In this document: one piece after another, positions 9,230 to 17,195 of the stretch | Layout of the letters: each line of letters starts with the position of its first letter | Position numbering within the stretch: the first letter of the stretch is position 1 | From: Candidatus Saccharimonadota bacterium | GTDB lineage: Bacteria; Patescibacteriota; Saccharimonadia; Saccharimonadales; OFTM59 | Direction of reading: 5' to 3' | NCBI GenBank assembly: GCA_029260855.1 | Contig: JAJDCK010000002.1 | Location: forward strand, 1 to 58,132 | Length of the DNA stretch: 58,132 bases | Notes under the pieces: model-generated | What the model was told of the DNA's origin: nothing | Database searches by the model: none | Seen by the model: the letters and a program-made list of their open reading frames with translations, nothing else | Translations under genes and position numbers: made by a program

Positions 9230-9750
9230 AAGTTCTCCTTCCTGGCGTGCATAAAATGTTCTTGCGACTCCACGAGTTGCTTTAAGCGCCTAAAACCCCG
9301 CTTATAGGTGGTCTTAACATAATTGACGTCTTTCCCGAAATGATTCGATATTTCTTTGATACTCAGCTCCTCAAGTAAACGAAGGCTAACGATTTCGCGT
9401 TGTTTTTCTGGTAAAAGTGCGATTACGCGCGCAGCCCTTTCCTTTACCGAGACGTCTTCAAATTCTTCTATCTCTTGACTGGCATAACCCTCAAAGTCAT
9501 CCATACTTTCAAGCACAAGCTCGTGCTTTCGATATTTATCACGCAAATATGTTAGCCATGTATTTCGCATTATTCCATATAGGTATTTAACTTTATCGTC
9601 AATAACCGCCGCGCTTCCCTCAACGCGCTCCAAGTATGACATAAATGTTGCCGACGTCAGGTCTTCGGCTATGTCGCGGTCTAGGCATTTTATATAAAAG
9701 AACTTGTATACCTTTTCAACGTAGCCATCGTAGATTTCTTCTATATCCAT
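9226..9750 (-). CDS. ECF-type RNA polymerase sigma factor
   Basis: Region 2 AEDLTSATF and region 4 LPEKQREIVSLRLLEELSIKEIS...VKTTYKRG. ATG 9750 with upstream AAGGA is preferred over TTG 9771. Confidence 0.88.
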   Translation of the reverse strand: MDIEEIYDGYVEKVYKFFYIKCLDRDIAEDLTSATFMSYLERVEGSAAVIDDKVKYLYGIMRNTWLTYLRDKYRKHELVLESMDDFEGYASQEIEEFEDVSVKERAARVIALLPEKQREIVSLRLLEELSIKEISNHFGKDVNYVKTTYKRGFRRLKQLVESQEHFMHARKENL

Positions 9751-9803
9751 AGTTTTCCTTTCACCCTCCAAGTCGCAAAAGGGGTACAGTCAATCTGTTC
9801 GTG

Positions 9804-10208
9804 TCAAGCAAATCCTGTTGTTATTTCCTTATTGGAATGAGCTTTGAGCCAGGCGGCAACAACCGGTATGTCCAGGTGCTCTACAGCGATCTGCACTGCA
9901 AAGTCCTCCATGTCTTTATCTTTTAACACTGAGGTGTCGTAACCGTTTAAGTTCAAAAATACTAGGGCTGACATTATTCCCGTTCGCTTATTTCCATCCA
10001 CAAAAGGATGATCAGCAATGACACCACGTAAAAGAACAGCGGCCTTTTCAAAAATTGTCGGATACAACTCCTCACCGAAAACCTCTTGTTGCATAGCTGC
10101 AAGGGCCGATTCTAGGCGACCAGAATCTCTTGTGCCTTGCGACCCGCCTGACGCGTCAATGATCTGAAGATGTATGATCTCCAGATCATCTAGACTTAAA
10201 AACTTCAT
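9804..10208 (-). CDS. doc: Death-on-curing (Doc/Fic) family toxin
   Basis: G.RD.G.LESAL and the Doc-type catalytic motif HPFVDGNKRTG. Confidence 0.92.
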   Translation of the reverse strand: MKFLSLDDLEIIHLQIIDASGGSQGTRDSGRLESALAAMQQEVFGEELYPTIFEKAAVLLRGVIADHPFVDGNKRTGIMSALVFLNLNGYDTSVLKDKDMEDFAVQIAVEHLDIPVVAAWLKAHSNKEITTGFA

Positions 10209-10429
10209 CTCTGACTAAGGTTTTTTAGCGCTTTTTTATGTCGCGCAATCAACTTTTGAGTTAACCCAACTACCTCAACCTGGTGATCGTCTGCCGACAC
10301 AGGCCGTTTTGCAGTGATTTCCAGCTCTTCGCCAGGCTTGATGCCATAGTGACGGGCGTCACGAGCTGGTATGGTAACAGCTAAGCTGTCACCTACTTTA
10401 ATAACTTTTTGGATAGATTTTATTGTCAT
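10205..10429 (-). CDS. AbrB/MazE/SpoVT-family antitoxin
   Basis: KVIKVGDSLAVTIP...GIKPGEEL swapped-hairpin motif. ATGA overlap with doc. Confidence 0.88.
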   Translation of the reverse strand: MTIKSIQKVIKVGDSLAVTIPARDARHYGIKPGEELEITAKRPVSADDHQVEVVGLTQKLIARHKKALKNLSQR

Positions 10430-10435
10430 GCCGAC

Positions 10436-10479
10436 ATTATAACAAAATTATACTATTATTGCAATAATATTATAATTTT
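10436..10479 (-). promoter_or_regulatory. TA-operon extended -10 promoter and 36-bp palindromic operator
   Basis: TGtTATAAT (10444-10436) lies 6 nt before ATG 10429. Palindrome AAAATTATACTATTATTGCAATAATATTATAATTTT (10444-10479), one mismatched pair. Confidence 0.7.
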
Positions 10480-10505
10480 CATAGATTGGGGTCAATCATA
10501 GCAGC

Positions 10506-11009
10506 TCATAAGGTTTGTAAAAATTTGTTTGCTGCGCGTGAGGTTTTAAAAATAATAACTTTTTTATTCTGATTATTTTGTATCTCGTTTACTATTGATG
10601 GACGCTTGTTTCTTTTAAATCTCAGTACATACTTCAAAAATTTAATGCTAAACTCTTCATTCCAGTCTTTTGGCATATCCTTGCGTCTTTGGTCCTTATG
10701 TAAAAACCATCTCCTCAAAACCCTGTAGGCGCAAAGAAATGTTGGATAGTCCAAAAATATTATTGTATCCGCTTGTTTAAAACGCTGAGGGATAGTTCGC
10801 CCGTAATTTCCGTCTATAATCCATTTATCGGGAATCATCAATTTTAGTATATGTTCTACCCATGCCTCCTTGTCATGGTAATAATTATTTTGTTTTTGAT
10901 GATAGTGATAATCCAAGTGGATTAGTGGTAATCTCGTTTTTTTAGCCAATTTTTGTGCAAATGTAGTCTTGCCAGCTCCTGGGCTTCCCACAACAACAAC
11001 TCGTTTCAT
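10506..11009 (-). CDS. Adenylate-kinase-like P-loop protein (FlaR / topology modulation family)
   Basis: GSPGAGKTT, LIHLD, WIIDGNY, ADTIIFLD. Confidence 0.85.
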   Translation of the reverse strand: MKRVVVVGSPGAGKTTFAQKLAKKTRLPLIHLDYHYHQKQNNYYHDKEAWVEHILKLMIPDKWIIDGNYGRTIPQRFKQADTIIFLDYPTFLCAYRVLRRWFLHKDQRRKDMPKDWNEEFSIKFLKYVLRFKRNKRPSIVNEIQNNQNKKVIIFKTSRAANKFLQTL

Positions 11010-11041
11010 CTTGCGTTAATCATAGCAGTTTTATGGTCGGA

Positions 11042-11932
11042 TTAAGTGTTTTGTGTAGCCGGCTTTTTATAGTTCTTCAAATGTGCTCCAGATGCTTCAC
11101 GATTTTTCTTAACTTGTATTCTTCGTAGCATTTCCCGATCCTGCGCTAATGCCTCTTCTATACTATTGGTTACATGTACTATGTTTTGCGTACCTTTTCC
11201 CGGAGGAATTATTAAATCTTTTGAGCGGGCCACAGGATCATCACGAAATGGAGCTTTCATTCGTCTGAAGTGTCGTTGATAACCCTCTATACCACCAAGC
11301 CTATTGAGAATATACTCTCTTAAATCACCCTCTTGTTCTAAGGCTTCCCGGGTCGTTGGTGCGGTTAGATATTCTGGAAGGGCTAATTCGTCTGGCTTTA
11401 TAAAATGATTATAATCGGGGTGTTTTTCGGGTAAGGCTATGCTCTGGTCCGTTACAAAGTCCACAAACATAAGCCGACAATTTGCTACACCTCCCACTGC
11501 CATGGAATAGGTGTACATCAAGTTATCAACCGCTATTTGATAACTACGGTCGTGTCCTTCAATATCAAACGGCAAAGTCTCTGGCCTAATTGTATGTATG
11601 GCACTCACCAAGCCTTTCACAACCAACAAGGGGTATATGGCCTCCGGTGTTCCAGATATTCCTGTGTTCCTAGTTTGCTTTTCTGCGCGCACGCTAAGCC
11701 GTGTACCGACAAAGTTTTCGGTTTCTTGGCAGCTCCAACTGTCAAAATAATCAATAAAGTGTTGCGTATCGCCTTGTATCTGAAATGCCTTACCCTCGGG
11801 CGCCAACCATTCACGTTCGCCGGTCAATGGATCTTGGCTGCATATAAGCTCTTCACAGCCAAATTCTGCAGCAATACTGAGTTCCTGCTCCGCGCGCAAG
11901 CCAGTCATAAGGAGCTTACTTAAATCTCTCAT
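11042..11932 (-). CDS. Hypothetical protein with divergent nucleoside-diphosphate-kinase-like C-terminal region
   Basis: IRPE, LPEYLTAP and QNIVHVTNSIEEA align by eye to NDK IKP, LVEFMTSGP and N.THGSDS.ESA. Confidence 0.5.
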   Translation of the reverse strand: MRDLSKLLMTGLRAEQELSIAAEFGCEELICSQDPLTGEREWLAPEGKAFQIQGDTQHFIDYFDSWSCQETENFVGTRLSVRAEKQTRNTGISGTPEAIYPLLVVKGLVSAIHTIRPETLPFDIEGHDRSYQIAVDNLMYTYSMAVGGVANCRLMFVDFVTDQSIALPEKHPDYNHFIKPDELALPEYLTAPTTREALEQEGDLREYILNRLGGIEGYQRHFRRMKAPFRDDPVARSKDLIIPPGKGTQNIVHVTNSIEEALAQDREMLRRIQVKKNREASGAHLKNYKKPATQNT

Positions 11933-12065
11933 GTTGTGTTAATTATAGCAAAACTAGTGCGGCTTTTCGGCCCAGGACGACCTACATTTTCGCCGTATAC
12001 AGTAAGATCGACGCCGTATTTATTAAATTTTTGCGTTCTGTCAGCAGTAAATTTATACTTCATAC

Positions 12066-13358
12066 CTATAAAAGTTTTGAGATGAGTACATCAGTTTTCA
12101 CTCTTTCCTGCTTGGTTGTATCCCTATTCCTCACCGTAACTGTGTTGTCGTCTAGGGTTTGGAAGTCTATTACTACGCAGTAGGGGGTGCCGATTTCGTC
12201 TTGGCGACGGTAGCGCTTGCCTATGTTGCCGTTGTCATCAAACATAACATTGCCGAACTCTTTTTTTAACATCTTGTAAACTTCCCTGGCCTTTTCTACA
12301 AGCTCCGGCTTGTTTTTAAGCAGCGGGCTGACCGCCACTTTTACCGGTGCTAGGTGCGTGGGGAGTTTAAGGTAAGTGCGCTTTTCGCCATTTACTTCGT
12401 CTTCAGTGTAAGCGCTGGTTAGTACGGCCATAATGGCACGCTCTACGCCAAAGCTTGGTTCTATCACGTGCGGTACGAATGGTGTGCCACCGTCTTTTGG
12501 CCGGTATTCCATGCTTTTGCCACTGGCCTTTTGAATATTCATAAGGTCAAAGTCTGTGCGGTAAGCCAGGCCAAGCAGTTCGTCGCGACGGTGTGGAAAA
12601 TCGTATTCATAATCTATGGTGCGCTTACTGTAATGGGCACGGTCTTCTGCTGGCACTTCTACTTCGTAAACTTTTTCTAAACCAAGTTGTTTTAAGAAAC
12701 CCTTGATGTTGTCTTGCCACTGCTTAAATGCTTCTTCCCATTTGTCGGGGTGTACAAAATATTCAATTTCCATCTGTTCAAACTCGCGTGAGCGGAACAC
12801 AAAATCACGCGGACTGATTTCATTGCGGAACGCCTTGCCCATTTGCGCAATTCCAAACGGTACGTCTGGATAGAAAACATCAACTACGTTTCGGTAATTA
12901 GTAAATATTCCTTGCGCTGTCTCAGGCCGTAAATAACTAACCGAGTTTTCGTCGTCAACTGGCCCGACATTGGTCTTAAACATCATGTTAAACATCCGGG
13001 GTTCGCCAAAGGTGCCGGTCTTGCCGCAGTTTGGGCATTTGTCGCCTTCTAAATGATCGGCGCGGTAGCGTGATTTGCAGTTACTACATTCAACCAGCGG
13101 ATCGGTGAACGTATCAACATGGCCGCTGGCCTGCCAGACTTTTTGGTTCATTAATATTGCGGCGTCTACGCCGTACATGTCGTCGCGGTTTTCTACAAAC
13201 GTCTTCCACCATAAGTTCATTATGTTGCGCTTTAGCGCCAGCCCAAGCGGACCGTAGTCCCAGGTGCCAGACAAACCACCATACACATCAGAGCCAGGGA
13301 AAATAAACCCGCGGCGTTTGGCTAGGCTTACAATGTCTTCCATTTTGACTTCGCTCAT
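12066..13358 (-). CDS. glyQS: Glycine--tRNA ligase (homodimeric alpha2 type)
   Basis: YGGLSGTWDYGPLG, YLRPETAQG, FRNEISPR, EFEQME, IEPSFGVER, anticodon domain IGKRYRRQDEIGTP. Confidence 0.97.
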   Translation of the reverse strand: MSEVKMEDIVSLAKRRGFIFPGSDVYGGLSGTWDYGPLGLALKRNIMNLWWKTFVENRDDMYGVDAAILMNQKVWQASGHVDTFTDPLVECSNCKSRYRADHLEGDKCPNCGKTGTFGEPRMFNMMFKTNVGPVDDENSVSYLRPETAQGIFTNYRNVVDVFYPDVPFGIAQMGKAFRNEISPRDFVFRSREFEQMEIEYFVHPDKWEEAFKQWQDNIKGFLKQLGLEKVYEVEVPAEDRAHYSKRTIDYEYDFPHRRDELLGLAYRTDFDLMNIQKASGKSMEYRPKDGGTPFVPHVIEPSFGVERAIMAVLTSAYTEDEVNGEKRTYLKLPTHLAPVKVAVSPLLKNKPELVEKAREVYKMLKKEFGNVMFDDNGNIGKRYRRQDEIGTPYCVVIDFQTLDDNTVTVRNRDTTKQERVKTDVLISKLL

Positions 13359-13597
13359 GACTTAACCTTTTCTTCTTTATAAAACCATTCGTATATACCG
13401 TATATCCAGGTAAACAAATAAACCACAGCCAAAGCAAAAATACCCCACTGCTCGCTCCTGATAGTAGAAATAAACCAGAACGGCTGCGAGCATAGCCCAA
13501 CTACAAAGCCCCACTTGTTCTTACGGGCAATTAGTACTATAGCGCCAACACCCAGTACAAAAATCGCAGTCTGCGTAATTAAATCTAAAGTATCCAT
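13355..13597 (-). CDS. Small 3-TM membrane protein resembling half of a PnuC transporter
   Basis: ARKNKWGF...YGIYEW pattern, 80 aa, three hydrophobic helices. ATGA overlap with glyQS. Confidence 0.55.
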   Translation of the reverse strand: MDTLDLITQTAIFVLGVGAIVLIARKNKWGFVVGLCSQPFWFISTIRSEQWGIFALAVVYLFTWIYGIYEWFYKEEKVKS

Positions 13598-13686
13598 CTT
13601 AAGAAGAGATTATAGCGGGTTTAAACGAATTCTTCTATTAGTTAAGGCTTTCTATCTTTTGATATATATTATATAATCCATTTATT

Positions 13687-13905
13687 ATGAGTATAGAAGG
13701 ATCCGGGGACCAAGAGCCGACAATCTTACACACGTTAGACAAGGATAGATTAAGGGCTTCTACCAGCGAGATTATACAAAGTGTTCCGCCAGATGATAAT
13801 GATGAATTTGTGAGTGATAAGTTCTTAGATGAGGCTGAAAGACGTTTCATGCGAGTTTTATTTGAGGAGCAGGATCAACATCCTCCTGAACAGCCGGATA
13901 CTTAA
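13687..13905 (+). CDS. Hypothetical small acidic protein
   Basis: 72 aa with TATAAT 9 nt upstream of ATG. Its stop overlaps the recO stop. Confidence 0.5.
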   Translation: MSIEGSGDQEPTILHTLDKDRLRASTSEIIQSVPPDDNDEFVSDKFLDEAERRFMRVLFEEQDQHPPEQPDT

Positions 13906-14594
13906 ACTCTAACGAGGCGGGAGAGCATAGTGTTGGCTAGTTGGAGTGCTTCGCTGGCTAGTTTCTCTGTACCTTGTACCTGTATTAGCTTGTCAGGTTC
14001 GGATGTACCTATGCCCAGGCGCAGAAGTTTTATGTGATTAGCCGTGTACGGACCTTCATCGTGCGCACGGAAGGCCATGTCGTCGTAAGAAAATATGTAA
14101 TTCTTATCCGCCGTCAGTTCGTTCCCTGCCGTATCTTGGCGCAACTTCGGGCTATGACCAGTTATCTTGAGCAGCTGCATAGTAAACCACAGCTCCACCA
14201 ACTCACGACTCAACTTCCTGTCGTTCAGGCCGCCGAGTACCGCTTCAAGCAACGTAAAATATTCTTCTCCGGCGGCATCCTCTGTAACCCTGTTTATGCG
14301 CTTTAGCAGTTCATAACCAAGCATCGTACGGTTTATGTCGCTAACGATATCGCCATAATGGGTAATAAGCCGCGAAGATATAAGCGTGCCGATCTCTTTG
14401 CGACCAGGCAAAAAGGTAATGTCACTGACGCTAAAAAGTTCAATACCGCCAGCCAGCTTGGACTTAACGCGCCGGACGCCTTTGGCCATAAGTCGGATTT
14501 TACCGTAATCCGGCGTAAGTACGGTTATGATCCTATCCGCTTCCTGGAAGCTAGTTCTTGATAAGACTATTCCCTTTGTGACAATCTGCTTCAC
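13902..14594 (-). CDS. recO: DNA repair protein RecO
   Basis: GIVLSRTSFQEADRIITVLTPDYGKI..MAKGVRR.KSKLAG OB-fold start. Confidence 0.95.
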   Translation of the reverse strand: MKQIVTKGIVLSRTSFQEADRIITVLTPDYGKIRLMAKGVRRVKSKLAGGIELFSVSDITFLPGRKEIGTLISSRLITHYGDIVSDINRTMLGYELLKRINRVTEDAAGEEYFTLLEAVLGGLNDRKLSRELVELWFTMQLLKITGHSPKLRQDTAGNELTADKNYIFSYDDMAFRAHDEGPYTANHIKLLRLGIGTSEPDKLIQVQGTEKLASEALQLANTMLSRLVRV

Positions 14595-14971
14595 ACTACA
14601 GCTGGCTCTAAATAGTTAACTACCGACACTAGTTGACGAAGTTTGGTTTGGGGTTTGTATAGAAAACGAGCGACGCCGAGCTGTTCAAACAGCTTAGCGC
14701 CCCCTGTTACAGACTCCTCCGGAACAAGCGACAGCACAATAACAGGTATGTCTTGCCATTCTGGGTACGACCTAAATTCGTACAAAAATTCTATGCCGTT
14801 ATGTGACGGCAATTGTAGTTCTAAAATAACAATGTCGGCCCGTTCGGAATCGGCCTGATGTATAGCCGACTGTGCACTGGGCCGCCAGCTGACATTATGA
14901 CCACTTTGCTCAAGCGCATCTTTATAATTGCCAGCTAGTATTTTGTCGGGTTCAATGAGTAGTATTTTCAT
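14591..14971 (-). CDS. Atypical single-domain response regulator receiver (phospho-Asp replaced by Glu51)
   Basis: Receiver fold KILLIEPD, DIVILELQLP, NGIEFL, PVIVLS, FLYKP. Confidence 0.85.
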   Translation of the reverse strand: MKILLIEPDKILAGNYKDALEQSGHNVSWRPSAQSAIHQADSERADIVILELQLPSHNGIEFLYEFRSYPEWQDIPVIVLSLVPEESVTGGAKLFEQLGVARFLYKPQTKLRQLVSVVNYLEPAVV

Positions 14972-15675
14972 ACAAGAATCAGCTGCGGATTAGGCGCTAA
15001 TGTCACGGCCAGACCGCTTAGTTTACTGTGGTGTGAAACATGCAGCTTGCCCGACATAGCCGCAAATAACGAATCGGCCACAAAAATACCTGCCGAGGAA
15101 CTGTGCCCGAATGTAGGCAAAGATTGCCGCGCGCGGCCGTGTAATAGCTTGGCTCGCTGGAACATATCATTTGTAAGTTCCTTGTGGTTACCATATGTCC
15201 CCGCAACAATTCCCCACCGACTTTTATGTGCGCCTAGAACTAAACGCGGCTTACGTACCCCAGATTCTTGCTGCGCTTCAATGAATGAATACCCAAGCGA
15301 TACCATGGCGGCTTCCAGACTTTTGCGGTGCCCCATGACCGGAGCATACCTGCCACTTAAATGAAGCTCAATGTCACAAGAATATTCCTGGGCTATCTTA
15401 TCAAGACGTTCAGCTGCGCCTTGCAGAACTGACGATATTGAAACAGGCTCAAACTGCAGTTCAGCTTGCGCTTGGGATAGCTGGCGGCTTAATAAGTAGC
15501 TGTCTATCAGATGCAGAGCCATATCAGCCACACTCTCAATGTGCTCATACCGGACTTCTTTGCCCATCTTGGCCAGCTCAATGTGTTGGGATATGTGCAT
15601 AAGCGGCAGCTTAAGCTGTTCGGCGAGCGCCAACAGTAGCTGCTCACTATCCCTGTACTGATCAGACGTTGTCAT
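14968..15675 (-). CDS. Degenerate cytoplasmic histidine-kinase-like protein
   Basis: HisKA-like LAEQLKLPL (H-box His replaced by Glu19), EPVSI linker, eroded N/G1/G2 boxes (SSSAGIFVADSL). Confidence 0.7.
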   Translation of the reverse strand: MTTSDQYRDSEQLLLALAEQLKLPLMHISQHIELAKMGKEVRYEHIESVADMALHLIDSYLLSRQLSQAQAELQFEPVSISSVLQGAAERLDKIAQEYSCDIELHLSGRYAPVMGHRKSLEAAMVSLGYSFIEAQQESGVRKPRLVLGAHKSRWGIVAGTYGNHKELTNDMFQRAKLLHGRARQSLPTFGHSSSAGIFVADSLFAAMSGKLHVSHHSKLSGLAVTLAPNPQLILV

Positions 15676-15765
15676 ACTCGCCTGTTACCCTCAAGTTATA
15701 GCTTCAGTATAGCACTGCTTAGCCATACCGAAACTCCTAACGCCTATATAGTAGCGCCAAGATAA

Positions 15766-16467
15766 CTAAGGGGAAAATGAAAGGTTTTTAAGGATTATTT
15801 CGTCAAAATCATTGGTGAATTGTTCAGATTCAGCCGTCAACTTGAGCGTCTTATCTCTCAAGGGGAACATCACGATTGAGCCCTTTTTCTTGTTGTCTAT
15901 TTCGCCATCTATTCTAACACCGGCCGTATCACTGGACTGAATGGGGGTTACTGTTACTTTGCCGTTTTTACTATCAGTTTCAAATTTTTTAATCAACTGT
16001 GCGTAATCACCCTCTATAACTTCTAGGTGTAGCGCAAAAGCAGTAGCAGACCTCAAGCCTGGCACAAATCCGGGGTGGAAATAACCATTAACCGGCGTAC
16101 CATTACTTTCATCTTCCGCAACAAATGCCGACCAGGTTTTGGGATACACAATCTTTACGCTACCAAAGGCTGATGGTCCCTGGTAGGTCGCGTATGGGCT
16201 CTTTTCTTTTTCTGCTAGCTCGGCGTCTTTTTGGTTGCTAATTTCTTTAGCCGACTCTTCGTTCGCCAAGGCTAATCTTTGCTCAAAGTTATTGTTGAGG
16301 TCGTTGTACTTTGAAAATGATGTAAACCACAAATACCCAAGCACCAATGAAACCACTATAAAAATCGCCAAGGCTATAAGAAGCGCAAGACTATGGTTCC
16401 TTTTGATTTGTGATGCAACATAAGGTTGTTGAGGGTACTGCCCCGGCTGCGGGTAATTTGGGTCCAT
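15766..16467 (-). CDS. Membrane-anchored hypothetical protein (possibly PsbP/Mog1-like fold)
   Basis: P/Q-rich N-terminus, one TM helix, short coiled coil, then KIVYPKTW-type beta domain. Confidence 0.65.
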   Translation of the reverse strand: MDPNYPQPGQYPQQPYVASQIKRNHSLALLIALAIFIVVSLVLGYLWFTSFSKYNDLNNNFEQRLALANEESAKEISNQKDAELAEKEKSPYATYQGPSAFGSVKIVYPKTWSAFVAEDESNGTPVNGYFHPGFVPGLRSATAFALHLEVIEGDYAQLIKKFETDSKNGKVTVTPIQSSDTAGVRIDGEIDNKKKGSIVMFPLRDKTLKLTAESEQFTNDFDEIILKNLSFSP

Positions 16468-16496
16468 ATTAAGCTAATGTTAACATAACCAGGCTT

Positions 16497-16988
16497 TTAT
16501 TTGTACTGATACAGGAAAACACCGTGGCGCACCTTTACTGGTTTCTTTCCGGGGACCTTAAATGCGATGCTGGTCAGCTTAATAGAACGCTCGCTATATT
16601 GTTGTATAATTTTTTTATCCAGTTTTTTCATATAACGATCAAGTAAAAAGACGAATATGCCGTCAGCCGTTGGCCAATCTTTGACCCAGTAGTCGCCCCA
16701 TATTATTTTAATATTCTTTCTGTACTTCCAGGTACGCAGCCTAGCTACTAAAACGAGTAAGGGGTTAAGTTCATAGCCTATAACTTTACTGCCGCGCTTT
16801 GCAGCCTGCTGCACTACACGGCCATCACCACACCCCAGCTCCAATAACACCTGACCGGGCTTGAGGCCTAGCATGTCTAGCGCAACATCTGTTTGCTTCT
16901 TGAGTGTTGGCAGATACGGTGCGCCCCGAAAGACCACAAACCCAAAAACCAATACCAGTAGACCTGCGGGCACTAAGAATAGGCTCAT
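16497..16988 (-). CDS. SAM-dependent methyltransferase with N-terminal membrane helix
   Basis: GAPYLPT, LLELGCGDGR motif I, GYELNP. Confidence 0.88.
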   Translation of the reverse strand: MSLFLVPAGLLVLVFGFVVFRGAPYLPTLKKQTDVALDMLGLKPGQVLLELGCGDGRVVQQAAKRGSKVIGYELNPLLVLVARLRTWKYRKNIKIIWGDYWVKDWPTADGIFVFLLDRYMKKLDKKIIQQYSERSIKLTSIAFKVPGKKPVKVRHGVFLYQYK

Positions 16989-17191
16989 TGAGACGGTTGA
17001 GTGAAATCTTTTTTTATTTTTTGAATTTTGTTGTCTGCTAATTTCAAGTATGCTTCAAGCTCTTTCAGGGCCCGCATACCGCGCTCGTAATTGGCTACAG
17101 CCGTATCAATATCACCGTCAGAAGCTTGTAGCTGGTCTAATATCTTGTCAAGCTCTGTTTTGAGTTTTGTGTAGTTGGCTTGTTGTTTCAT
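16985..17191 (-). CDS. xseB: Exodeoxyribonuclease VII small subunit
   Basis: ELDKILDQLQ...YERGM...L..A..KI, directly downstream of xseA. Confidence 0.9.
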   Translation of the reverse strand: MKQQANYTKLKTELDKILDQLQASDGDIDTAVANYERGMRALKELEAYLKLADNKIQKIKKDFTQPSQ

Positions 17192-17195
17192 GGGC

